Under the pieces are notes generated by a model. That model had not been told where the DNA came from, searched no databases, and saw only the letters and a list, made by a program, of their open reading frames with translations. Shown piece after piece: positions 8,874 to 17,944 of a stretch of DNA of 56,833 nt (position 1 is its first letter; the number at the start of each line of letters is the position of its first letter). Source of the DNA: an uncultured virus (IMG/VR IMGVR_UViG_3300025759_000061) (taxonomy: Duplodnaviria; Heunggongvirae; Uroviricota; Caudoviricetes); the IMG/VR virus record IMGVR_UViG_3300025759_000061, positions 62,001-118,833 of that record, one strand, 5' to 3'. Position numbers and translations under genes: made by a program.

Positions 8874-9395
8874 ATGACACGTCAGATATGGTTGATAAGT
8901 GACACACATCTTGGTCATGAAAATGTCCTGAACTTCGAAGATGAATCCGGTGTGAAAATCCGTACAGGGTTCGATCATCTGGATCACATGAACGAAAAGA
9001 TCATGGACAATCTCAATGACAATGTGAAAACCGGTGATATCCTCTATCACCTTGGGGATGTGTACTTCTCCAAGATTCGTGCCCAGAAAGCTCTGGGTCA
9101 CTTCAAAGCACTCCCATTCAAGAAGAGACTCATTCTGGGTAACCATGATGATGCCCTTGATCCTAATCTCCATGATATTTTTGGGAAGATCATGCTCTGG
9201 AGAATTTTCAAAGAGTTCAACTGTGTGTGCTCACACATCCCACTTCGTGAGGAATCGTTCCGGAAGGTGGAATATAATGTCCATGGTCACATCCATGAGA
9301 AGGAATCTCCAAGTCCGTTTCATATCAACGTGTGTGTGGAGAGGACAAACTACATGCCGGTGCCGATTGAAGAGGTTATGAAGGGAAAATTCTGA
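8874..9395 (+). CDS. calcineurin-like metallophosphoesterase
   Basis: SDTHLGH, HLGD, GNHD, HGHIH motifs. Confidence 0.92.
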   Translation: MTRQIWLISDTHLGHENVLNFEDESGVKIRTGFDHLDHMNEKIMDNLNDNVKTGDILYHLGDVYFSKIRAQKALGHFKALPFKKRLILGNHDDALDPNLHDIFGKIMLWRIFKEFNCVCSHIPLREESFRKVEYNVHGHIHEKESPSPFHINVCVERTNYMPVPIEEVMKGKF

Positions 9396-9616
9396 TGGAC
9401 AAGCAAACTCTTCTGGACCTGTTTATAAAGACCAGAGAGTGGAGACTTCATTATAGACAGTCTCGTAAGACAGATATTGAAACAGCCTACTGTGCTTGCC
9501 GGGAAGCTGCCATAAAGGATTGTATGCTTGCACTGGGTATGTTAACCCAAGATGAATCATTGGAAATGGAGAAGCTAAAATGGACGTGGACGGACAAAGT
9601 GAAACAGATATGGTAA
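9395..9616 (+). CDS. hypothetical protein
   Basis: TGATG coupling with the upstream gene. Confidence 0.6.
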   Translation: MDKQTLLDLFIKTREWRLHYRQSRKTDIETAYCACREAAIKDCMLALGMLTQDESLEMEKLKWTWTDKVKQIW

Positions 9617-9999
9617 CCCATGGATACCTCAAAGGTGAGTGGTGCCCGAAACCCGGTTATACGGAATTCAAACCTGAACAGGTGTTTAAGCATCTCAAGC
9701 AGTGGGCAGACTCCAGTCATCCATATGGAATGGTGGGAGTCCATGATGCTTCCGGATCACTTTCTCTTGAGAGGATTGCTGTTGCATATTCGAATGTCAC
9801 CTTCAAGGATGATGTGGTGTATTTTGATGTTAGGATTCTGGATACAGCAGAGGGTAATATATTGACACACATGCTGAAATTTCATTCGGTGTTGAAATTT
9901 GACTATCTCGTGTCTGCTATCGGTACGGTAGAGGATGATGGGACTCGTAATATTCACACATTCAGGGGTATGAACATTATGCCAAGATTGGATAACTGA
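9610..9999 (+). CDS. hypothetical protein, remote gp21 prohead-protease-like fold
   Basis: LERIAVAYSNV...VRILDTAEGNILTHML resembles gp21 DRVSH...KILDTPMGKI. Confidence 0.5.
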   Translation: MVTHGYLKGEWCPKPGYTEFKPEQVFKHLKQWADSSHPYGMVGVHDASGSLSLERIAVAYSNVTFKDDVVYFDVRILDTAEGNILTHMLKFHSVLKFDYLVSAIGTVEDDGTRNIHTFRGMNIMPRLDN

Positions 10000-10386
10000 A
10001 TGAAGATGAAACTGATAGTGGCAGGTTCCAGAGTGTTGGATGATATGCTACCCATATTCAGTGATCCAATAGTTGAATGGCTTGATAACAACATCAAACC
10101 GGATACTGTTGAGTGTCTGGTGTCTGGCCATGCCAAAGGTCCCGACAGGATTGGTGAGATATGGGCAAGAAAACACAGCATCCAGATAGTTGAGTTCATC
10201 CCGGATTGGGATAAGCACGGCAACAAGGCTGGACCATTACGTAACAAGCTGATGGGTGATTATGCAACCCATGGTGTGGTGTTCTGGGATGGTGTGTCCA
10301 GAGGCTCACAGCATATGCATACGTACATGTTAAGCCTGAAGAAGCCATGTATCATAAAACGGGTAAGTGTGGTTGTTGATGCATGA
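10000..10386 (+). CDS. SLOG family (YspA/DUF2493-like) protein
   Basis: KLIVAGSR, VSGHAKGPD, AGPLRNKLM, FWDGVSRGS. Confidence 0.85.
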   Translation: MKMKLIVAGSRVLDDMLPIFSDPIVEWLDNNIKPDTVECLVSGHAKGPDRIGEIWARKHSIQIVEFIPDWDKHGNKAGPLRNKLMGDYATHGVVFWDGVSRGSQHMHTYMLSLKKPCIIKRVSVVVDA

Positions 10387-10792
10387 TAAAATACACAACC
10401 ATAGGGGGATGGGTCCACATGTTATCATACCTGAACCAGAGTATGAGTATCTGAAGATGTGTTCAAGTAAAGAAATGTTCAAACATAAAACACTTGAACC
10501 CTTTTTGAAGGAAGCTGTGTCAGTATGGGCAGGTTACAATAATCTCCCGGAACGTGATAGTTTTAAGGTTGGGTTGAATAAGAAGAGTGATGATGTTTTT
10601 TGGCAATTAACTATGAGAGTTGAAATCAATTCTAACAGGGTATATTTACCGGATGATAACCTATATAGAAGTTCAGAAAAACTTCGTACACTTGCCGAAG
10701 AGCAAGCAACACCTGATAGTGTTTTTGATCCACCACCCACAAAGCCGGATAATGTGTTTGATGTTTCCATAAACACTGGTGTGAAGTTGTGA
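10379..10792 (+). CDS. hypothetical protein
   Basis: ORF in operon. Confidence 0.6.
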   Translation: MHDKIHNHRGMGPHVIIPEPEYEYLKMCSSKEMFKHKTLEPFLKEAVSVWAGYNNLPERDSFKVGLNKKSDDVFWQLTMRVEINSNRVYLPDDNLYRSSEKLRTLAEEQATPDSVFDPPPTKPDNVFDVSINTGVKL

Positions 10793-10796
10793 TGCC

Positions 10797-10803
10797 CTAA
10801 ATA
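10797..10803 (+). promoter_or_regulatory. late promoter variant CTAAATA
   Basis: Same motif recurs before late genes (24271, 28835, 48744). Confidence 0.55.
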
Positions 10804-10835
10804 TATAAAACGTATATATTTCAGGGTAATTGAAA

Positions 10836-11609
10836 ATGCTACACAGTTTCAAGACATATAATTTCCTCAGAAAACTTGAAGAGGCCGTTGAATCTCCAGC
10901 ATTAAAGAGTTTGAAGGGTAGTAAAGACCCATCAAAACTGGAAAAAGCATACAATGATATGATTCCGTTCTTCAAAAAGATTGAAGGTTTGCTGAAAAAG
11001 GCAATCAAAGGGTCTGTCCCAAAAAGAAAACTTGGCAACATAAGAGTGTATACCAACATCAAGCCATTGGAATCATTCAAAGATAAAGTTCTGAACCGTG
11101 GTAAAAATCCTGCTGAGATTGGTGATTTGGTCCGTGGTGCCGTGCTGTTTGATGATCAATCTGATGCTGAAGAGTTTGTTAAACGTCTGACCCGTCGAGA
11201 AGGTTCGAAGGTGGTTGAAGTTGACAGGAAAACAAAAGCCGGTAAGGACCCTGTGTATGGTTATTATGGTGGAATACATATAGACATGCAGTTTGATGGT
11301 CTCACAACAGAGCTTCAGGTCATGACCAAACGTCTGTGGAAATTCAAGGCCGTGGCTCATAAAATTTACACAGCTACTCGTAGTAATAAGGGTGGTCCTG
11401 ATGTTTCAACTCAAATGCAATCACAAAACGTATTCAAACATGGCAACAAGCCAAGCTATAAAGGTGGCCATAGAAGCAGACAGTATGAAGGGTATATTGT
11501 CGAAGATAACAGCCTGACTGACGGTTGTGTCATCGTAGAGGGTATTTCGTTTGCCATAGAAGAGCTTGAAGATTTTGGAAACTGGAAAGAGGTTGATATA
11601 TTTGCTTAA
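10836..11609 (+). CDS. RelA/SpoT-like nucleotidyltransferase (small alarmone synthetase-like)
   Basis: IKPLESFKDK, IGDLVRG, YGYYGGIH, ELQVMT match Syn1-Syn4 positions. Confidence 0.8.
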   Translation: MLHSFKTYNFLRKLEEAVESPALKSLKGSKDPSKLEKAYNDMIPFFKKIEGLLKKAIKGSVPKRKLGNIRVYTNIKPLESFKDKVLNRGKNPAEIGDLVRGAVLFDDQSDAEEFVKRLTRREGSKVVEVDRKTKAGKDPVYGYYGGIHIDMQFDGLTTELQVMTKRLWKFKAVAHKIYTATRSNKGGPDVSTQMQSQNVFKHGNKPSYKGGHRSRQYEGYIVEDNSLTDGCVIVEGISFAIEELEDFGNWKEVDIFA

Positions 11610-11648
11610 AATACCATATTGTCATTGACAGAGGTTTGTTAGTATGCT

Positions 11649-12038
11649 ATGAAATATGTAGAGATGAGAAAAGAGTTTGACATAGAAGGTGTTGGTTTTG
11701 AGGTTAATATCTCAAACACTGGAGATGTAAATTTCCATCCAATCTCTGGTATGACGGAGAAGGGAAGCTTGCCTTTCCATTTCCTGTTTGAGGATGATCC
11801 AATCTTCTCAGACATAAATCTGTTCAGGAATCCAATAAAGATATTTCTCAAGGTTGGTGATATCATTCTGGATTGGGTTAAGATCAACAAGCCATATACC
11901 TTTGCCTTCAACAGTTCAACGAATAGGAAGAATAAGGTTTACGGTTATTTTGCTAAGAAGCTGGGGAAGAAGCTGCCAAACTACAACATGGTAGAGCATC
12001 CAGTCGGTACGTTCAGGTTTTACAGGATAAATGACTGA
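11649..12038 (+). CDS. hypothetical protein
   Basis: ORF after TTGACA promoter, apparently leaderless or with a short leader. Confidence 0.7.
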   Translation: MKYVEMRKEFDIEGVGFEVNISNTGDVNFHPISGMTEKGSLPFHFLFEDDPIFSDINLFRNPIKIFLKVGDIILDWVKINKPYTFAFNSSTNRKNKVYGYFAKKLGKKLPNYNMVEHPVGTFRFYRIND

Positions 12039-12574
12039 TGACAAATCAAACAAGTCCGGATCAGAGTAAAGCTTTCATCATGTGTGTTGGATTACCCGGT
12101 ACTGGTAAGACCACATTCTGTATGAATATGGTGGAAAAGTTCAAAATAGACATGCAGCCGTGTGTCTATGCATCATCAGATCATTATATCGAAAAGTTCA
12201 CCAAGAGGTTTAACCAACCCTATGTGGACGTGTATCCAAAATTCATAAAGGATGCAGAGAATTTCATGATGGGGGATATCAGGTGTGCCGTTATAGGTGG
12301 TATTCCAATCATCCATGATGGTTTGAATATCACGGTAGAACGAAGAAGAGATATTCTTGATGCCATTCCGGCAGGTTATCATAAAATTGCACTACTGTTC
12401 GATGTTCCATTTGATCAAACCGATCAGTGGGCACACAGAGTGGTGAATCATAAGTTTAAACCTCTTAGTCAAAAGACTCTGGGTGAACTGCAATCTATGT
12501 ATGTGGAGCCGGTTGTCGAAGAGGGTTTTGATCACGTTGTTGATGTTGCACATTCAGTTAGGATTATGAAATGA
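12038..12574 (+). CDS. P-loop kinase (AAA_33/polynucleotide kinase-like)
   Basis: VGLPGTGKTT, SSD, DGLN...RR, P..EEGFD. Confidence 0.85.
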   Translation: MTNQTSPDQSKAFIMCVGLPGTGKTTFCMNMVEKFKIDMQPCVYASSDHYIEKFTKRFNQPYVDVYPKFIKDAENFMMGDIRCAVIGGIPIIHDGLNITVERRRDILDAIPAGYHKIALLFDVPFDQTDQWAHRVVNHKFKPLSQKTLGELQSMYVEPVVEEGFDHVVDVAHSVRIMK

Positions 12575-12912
12575 GATTATATGTAGTGAAAAAGGGGACC
12601 ACTGGTATATTGTTGACACATAATGGTGAGAGAGTGTTGATAAATACCTGTGAGTTCAATAATGAGCAGGTTCTGGATGAGACGGATGTTCTCGACAGTC
12701 CGTCCATGGAACAGCTTGGAACCTCAAAAGAGATTGACGATCCAGACTTCTCCATTGTTCGTGAATTTGCCAAGCATGGTTATTATGTGTTTCAAAAGTG
12801 GGCTGGTGATGGCTCAAAGAAGAACGTAAACAGGATGGTTGTTGTGGTGCTGCAAAACGATGTGAAGACCGTCATGGAAGATAGCATAGAGGAAGATGAC
12901 CATAATGCCTAA
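12571..12912 (+). CDS. hypothetical protein
   Basis: ATGA overlap. Confidence 0.7.
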   Translation: MRLYVVKKGTTGILLTHNGERVLINTCEFNNEQVLDETDVLDSPSMEQLGTSKEIDDPDFSIVREFAKHGYYVFQKWAGDGSKKNVNRMVVVVLQNDVKTVMEDSIEEDDHNA

Positions 12913-13165
12913 CAGTAACACTAATAATATGCTCACACTTGAAAAACCGTTTCCAGTGAACGATATGAAAGAATTAATCATCATAAACAACTCAAAGGTT
13001 TATGATGGGTTCACCGTGCAAGGTCCAAATTCTGCCTATGGAAAGATCGTGATGGAGATGAAAGTCTTCAATGATGAGCATCTGATTCCAGTTGTTTTGT
13101 ATCAGGAGAAGACTTCTTCTGTTATTGTGACCTCACAGGAATATATGAATAACAGGTTCAATTGA
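12905..13165 (+). CDS. hypothetical protein
   Basis: ORF in operon. Confidence 0.65.
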   Translation: MPNSNTNNMLTLEKPFPVNDMKELIIINNSKVYDGFTVQGPNSAYGKIVMEMKVFNDEHLIPVVLYQEKTSSVIVTSQEYMNNRFN

Positions 13166-13166
13166 C

Positions 13167-13376
13167 ATGTCCTTCATCAGAAATTTTCACAAGCATAGAA
13201 AAATGTACCATAACCAGACCTTGGGTGAAGCTTTCTGTAACTATCACTGGCATGGGCCACTCCATCCAACACAGCAAAAACTATTTGATGAAAAAGATGA
13301 TGACAAGGCTCGTAAACTGATCATAAAATACTATATTGAAATGGACCGTGAATTTGATGGAGAAGTCTATGACTAA
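13167..13376 (+). CDS. hypothetical protein
   Basis: ORF in operon. Confidence 0.6.
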   Translation: MSFIRNFHKHRKMYHNQTLGEAFCNYHWHGPLHPTQQKLFDEKDDDKARKLIIKYYIEMDREFDGEVYD

Positions 13377-13755
13377 GCTTTTAAAACATGAGCATCTTTT
13401 GATATCTGCTCATGTTAATCGACCACCGGTTGATGGCCAACAGGAAGAATTGAAAAACTGGATTATCGGTCTTGTTAATCTTATAGGCATGAACATTCTG
13501 GCTGGACCAATTGTAGCATATGTTGACAAAGCCGGGAACCGTGGTCTCACGGCAGTTACAATCATTGAAACATCACACATAGCAATACATATATGGGATG
13601 AGCCTGAACCGGCTCTGATACAGCTTGATGTTTATTCATGTGATGAGCTTGACCCATCACTGGTTATTGAACATCTTGCATTGTTTGATATTGTTGATAT
13701 TGAGTTTAAATTCCTAGACAGGGAAAATGGTTTTGTGGAGAAGAAACTGAAATGA
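13369..13755 (+). CDS. speD: S-adenosylmethionine decarboxylase proenzyme
   Basis: GLTAVTIIETSHIAIHIW...LDVYSC. Confidence 0.88.
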   Translation: MTKLLKHEHLLISAHVNRPPVDGQQEELKNWIIGLVNLIGMNILAGPIVAYVDKAGNRGLTAVTIIETSHIAIHIWDEPEPALIQLDVYSCDELDPSLVIEHLALFDIVDIEFKFLDRENGFVEKKLK

Positions 13756-13943
13756 CAAAAATACTTGAGACTGAATTTAAGCAGAGGGCTTATGATGGCA
13801 AATGGGAACGGATCAGCAAGATCATGGACCATGACAACTCATATTCGTATGAGACCGACTCAGGACAGAAAATCACTCTGATCCCTGAGAAGTGGGTCAC
13901 TACTGGGGTATTCGATTTCCTTTGTGAAGCCAAAGGTTACTGA
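13752..13943 (+). CDS. hypothetical protein
   Basis: ATGA overlap. Confidence 0.65.
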   Translation: MTKILETEFKQRAYDGKWERISKIMDHDNSYSYETDSGQKITLIPEKWVTTGVFDFLCEAKGY

Positions 13944-13979
13944 AATTAAGAAAATCAAAACCATGAAGGATAATGAAAA

Positions 13980-14330
13980 ATGGAACTGAGTAAATCATTT
14001 ACAAATAAGAACGTCAAGCTCGTTAAGCTTAATTATGGTGAGGAAGTGATTGGCTTCACGGATGGGGTGGCAGAGGATGGCTCTATAACCCTTGAGAAGA
14101 TCATCAGGGTGGTAGTCATGCCCGGTAACCGTGCAACTGGTGCACAGCCTTCTATTGGCTTTGCAGACTTTGTTCCATGGGTGAAGGAAGAACGTATGAC
14201 CTTCAAGGAAAAAGATATCATGCTTCTGCTCACTCCGAAGGATGAGATTGTGAAGGAATACAAGGCTATGTTCTCTGGTATTATCACACCAGATTCCCAA
14301 ACAATTAAGTTGCCCGGTCTTGGCTCCTAG
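13980..14330 (+). CDS. conserved T4-like protein preceding gp43 (Sm-like fold likely)
   Basis: VKLVKLNYGEEVIG...Y..MFSGIITP pattern and position. Confidence 0.7.
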   Translation: MELSKSFTNKNVKLVKLNYGEEVIGFTDGVAEDGSITLEKIIRVVVMPGNRATGAQPSIGFADFVPWVKEERMTFKEKDIMLLLTPKDEIVKEYKAMFSGIITPDSQTIKLPGLGS

Positions 14331-14344
14331 CCTATATACCACAC

Positions 14345-15897
14345 ATGACCAAAAACTTTTACACCAATGTACGTCAGTACAAGGGACACATTCTTTATAG
14401 GGGTGTCCACTTTGATGAGAATGGTAAGCCAAAACGGGTCGTGAAAAGATCAAATATGAGCCTACCATATATTTGAAGAGTAAAGAAGTGACCGGCTTGA
14501 CCAATATTGATGGCAAGCCGGTTATACCTGTCAAGCCCGGTGATATATGGGACGTTTGGAAATACATCAAACAGTACAAGGACGTTGAGGGTTTTGACGT
14601 ATATGGAAACCTGAAACATGAATATTCTTATATCTATGAGAATTACCCTGACATGGTGCCATATGACAAGAAGTTCATTCTTGTTGTAAACCTTGACATT
14701 GAGGTCATGTCTGAAAATGGATTTCCAGACCCATGGGAGTGCACGGAAGAAATGACGGCAATCTCCATGACGTTTAATGATGACAAGATCATCGTGTTAG
14801 GTCATGACAAGTTTGGACTGATGCCGGATGGTTACAAGACAGACCGTAAAAATCTCAAATACATAGAATGTGAATCTGAAGAGCATCTGTTGAGGATGTT
14901 CCTTGAAATCTGGATCAAGAACTGGCCAGATGTTATCACCGGCTGGAATTCACTGATGTTCGATATGCCATATATCGTCAACCGGATCGGTAAGATTCTT
15001 GGTGAGTCCTACATAGACATGTTGTCACCTTGGGGTGTTGTGGAGTATCAGGAACGTGTGAACGTGGAATGGAATACCCGTGATAAGTTCTATAGCATTT
15101 ATGGGGTTGACCAGATCGATTACATGCTGGCATATAAGAAGTTTGCACCAAGCTCCAAACAGCAGGAAAATCTAAAGCTGGACACGGTTGGGTTCAATGA
15201 GTTGGGGATGTCGAAGCTGGACTATTCAGAAGTCAAGAATCTCCACTCATTGTACAAGATAGATTACCAGAAATATCTTGACTACAACGTAAGAGATATT
15301 GATATCGTATCTGGTCTTGACCGGAAGCTGAGTCTGTTTGACCTGATGTTTGCACTGGCATATACGGCCAAGGTAAACTATGAAGATGTGTTTGCACAGG
15401 TTAGGATGTGGGATGCCATTATGACCAATCACCTTATGTCAAAGGGTGTTGTGGTTAATCCCATGAAAGATAGTTCAAAGGATTCACGTTACAAGGGTGC
15501 CTATGTGAAGCCGGTTCTGGTTGGTATGCATGATTATGTTGCATCATTTGACTTGGACGGCCTGTATCCCCATTTGATGATGGGTTATAATATTTCACCT
15601 GAGACGTTCATTCCTGTTGAAAATTATAATGACCAGATGAAAGAGTTTTCACGTGAGAACCCGATCATAACACCAGACAAATTAGTGAATAGGGAATTCG
15701 ATCTGTCAACACTATATCCATGGAAGGTTAACCTGACCCCAAATGGTGAGTTTTTCAGCACCAACAATGAAAGCTTTCTTGGTGAGGTGATGAGAATTCT
15801 CTATGATGATCGGAAGAAATATAAGAGTATGATGATCGAAGAATTGAAGATGCTTGAGAGTATCAAGGCTGAGAAGGTCAGAAGAGGGTTGGAATGA
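14345..15897 (+). CDS. 43A: DNA polymerase gp43, N-terminal subunit (exonuclease + motif A), with an apparent -1 frameshift near 14425-14450
   Basis: MTKNFYTNV...ILYRG N-terminus in one frame, KIKYEPTIY...DIEV, TGWNS..FD, YNVRD, SFDLDGLYP in another. Confidence 0.9.
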
Positions 15898-16994
15898 ATC
15901 TCGAATCCCTTAGTGATGCTGAGTTGTTGAAGCTTGAAGAGACCACAAACAATCTGGCAACCACATACAACAATCTCCAATTAGCCAAGAAGGTTACATT
16001 GAATAGTGCATACGGTGCTCTGGGTAACCGGTTCTATAGGTGGTTTGATGTACGTCTGGCTTCTGCTATTACTGGTGCTGGTGAACTGGCCATCAAGTGG
16101 ATCATCAAGGATATGAACAAGTTCATGAATGATTATGTGGGCACAAAGGATGAGGATTACATTATTGCAGCAGACACGGACTCCATGTATATCCATCTGG
16201 AAAAAGTGTTGAAGAAGGACCTACAGGATATAACAGACAAAAATGTTCTTCTGGACCATATGAACAAATTCTGTGACGAAACGATTCAACCGGTTATCAA
16301 CAAGTCGTTTGAAAACCTGTCGAAATATATGAATTCATTCGAACAGAAGATGGTGATGAAACGTGAGGTTCTGGCTGATCGTGGGATATGGACAGCCAAG
16401 AAGAACTATGTTCTGAACGTCATGGATGATGAGGGTGTCAGACTTAACGAACCAAAGATCAAGATCAAGGGTTTGGCTGTTATCAAATCGTCAACGGCTC
16501 CAGCCTGTAAGGATAGCATCAAGGAAGCCATCAGGTTGATGATGACGGCTGATAATGATGCCATGATACGGTTCATCAAGAAATTCAAAAAAGAGTATGA
16601 TCAGAGACCCTATGATGAACTGGCAGACATATCATCAGTGAACGGCCTTGAGAAATACCATGATAATAGGACCATATGGGGTAAGAAGTGTCCGAAACAC
16701 ACAAAGGGTGCACTGATCTATAACCACCTATTGAAAAAGCATGGCCTTGAGAACACATATGAAGCCATAAAGGATGGTGAGAAGATCAAGTACATCCACT
16801 TGAAGGAACCGAATCCATATGGATTTGAGATTATTTCATTCCATGACCGGATACCTGAAGAGTTTGGGTTGGAAGAATATGTGGATTACACTCTCCAATT
16901 TCACAAAACATTCTTGAAAAAACTCAAGATCATCACGGATGCAATAGGGTGGCAACATGAAAAATCGTCTGATATTAAAAGCTTATTGGAGTAA
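15894..16994 (+). CDS. 43B: DNA polymerase gp43, C-terminal subunit
   Basis: QLAKKVTLNSAYG, AADTDS, KKNY, KIKGL motifs; ATGA overlap. Confidence 0.93.
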   Translation: MNLESLSDAELLKLEETTNNLATTYNNLQLAKKVTLNSAYGALGNRFYRWFDVRLASAITGAGELAIKWIIKDMNKFMNDYVGTKDEDYIIAADTDSMYIHLEKVLKKDLQDITDKNVLLDHMNKFCDETIQPVINKSFENLSKYMNSFEQKMVMKREVLADRGIWTAKKNYVLNVMDDEGVRLNEPKIKIKGLAVIKSSTAPACKDSIKEAIRLMMTADNDAMIRFIKKFKKEYDQRPYDELADISSVNGLEKYHDNRTIWGKKCPKHTKGALIYNHLLKKHGLENTYEAIKDGEKIKYIHLKEPNPYGFEIISFHDRIPEEFGLEEYVDYTLQFHKTFLKKLKIITDAIGWQHEKSSDIKSLLE

Positions 16995-16996
16995 TT

Positions 16997-17527
16997 ATGG
17001 GTAAACGATCTGATTTCAAGAGGAATGCACGGGACAAGTATGACACACCATATTCATGTGTTGTGCCACTCATACCACATCTGAAATATACCAACTATAT
17101 TGAGCCGTGTGCCGGTAAGGGTTGGCTTATGGACCATCTTGAAAAGCATGGTATGAACTGTGTGATGGCCAGTGATATTGAGCCGGAACGTGATGACATT
17201 TATGAGGCTGATTATCTGGCATATACATTATGTGCTTCCCATTCATATGGGGCCGACTGTTTCATCACCAACCCACCATGGGACCGGAAGATTCTTCATC
17301 CAATGATCTTGGCTCTTTCAGAAATCAAACCCACATGGTTGTTGTTTGATACAGACTGGATGCACACCAAGCAGGCTATTCCATACTTGGAGTATTGTGA
17401 GAAGATCGTGTCGGTTGGCCGGGTGTGTTGGATGCCGGAAACGAAACAGACTGGTAAAGACAATGTGGCTTGGTATCTTTTCCAGAAGAACACATCAGGC
17501 CCAACAAAATTCTTTGGAAGGACTTGA
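16997..17527 (+). CDS. amino-DNA methyltransferase-like protein
   Basis: EPCAGKG SAM motif, ITNPPW catalytic motif. Confidence 0.8.
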   Translation: MGKRSDFKRNARDKYDTPYSCVVPLIPHLKYTNYIEPCAGKGWLMDHLEKHGMNCVMASDIEPERDDIYEADYLAYTLCASHSYGADCFITNPPWDRKILHPMILALSEIKPTWLLFDTDWMHTKQAIPYLEYCEKIVSVGRVCWMPETKQTGKDNVAWYLFQKNTSGPTKFFGRT

Positions 17528-17531
17528 TACA

Positions 17532-17879
17532 ATGGAACCGACAAAAACACGGTGGGGTTACTGGCAGGAGCTTCTTGTTGAAGAAGGCTTCAGGGTCAAG
17601 AAGCTGGTTATCAATTCAGAGAAGCACATATCTCTCCAGTACCACAACCACCGGGCAGAGTGCTGGTCCATTATATCAGGCTCTGGTGAACTAAAGATAA
17701 TTGAGGATGGTGCTGAATATATGATGTTCGTCACAGAACTGGACGTTGTGACGATCCACCGTGGGTGTATTCACAAAGTCACATGTGTGTCTGAGGAACC
17801 TCTAGTAATTATTGAAACACAGGTCGGACATATATGTACAGAAGAGGATATTGTCAGGCTTGAATCAATTGAAGAATAA
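17532..17879 (+). CDS. cupin, mannose-6-phosphate isomerase type II C-terminal-like
   Basis: RWG...VKKLVI...ISLQYHNHRAECW...IIETQVG...EEDIVR. Confidence 0.85.
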   Translation: MEPTKTRWGYWQELLVEEGFRVKKLVINSEKHISLQYHNHRAECWSIISGSGELKIIEDGAEYMMFVTELDVVTIHRGCIHKVTCVSEEPLVIIETQVGHICTEEDIVRLESIEE

Positions 17880-17944
17880 GCTTGACAAGACACATAAATT
17901 GTGAGATTGTAGATAGATACAACACTTGAATAGAGACAGGTAAC

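Noticed and set aside
15894..15897. Intron or intein at the gp43 split
   Set aside because: The ORFs overlap by ATGA with no intervening sequence or splicing motifs.
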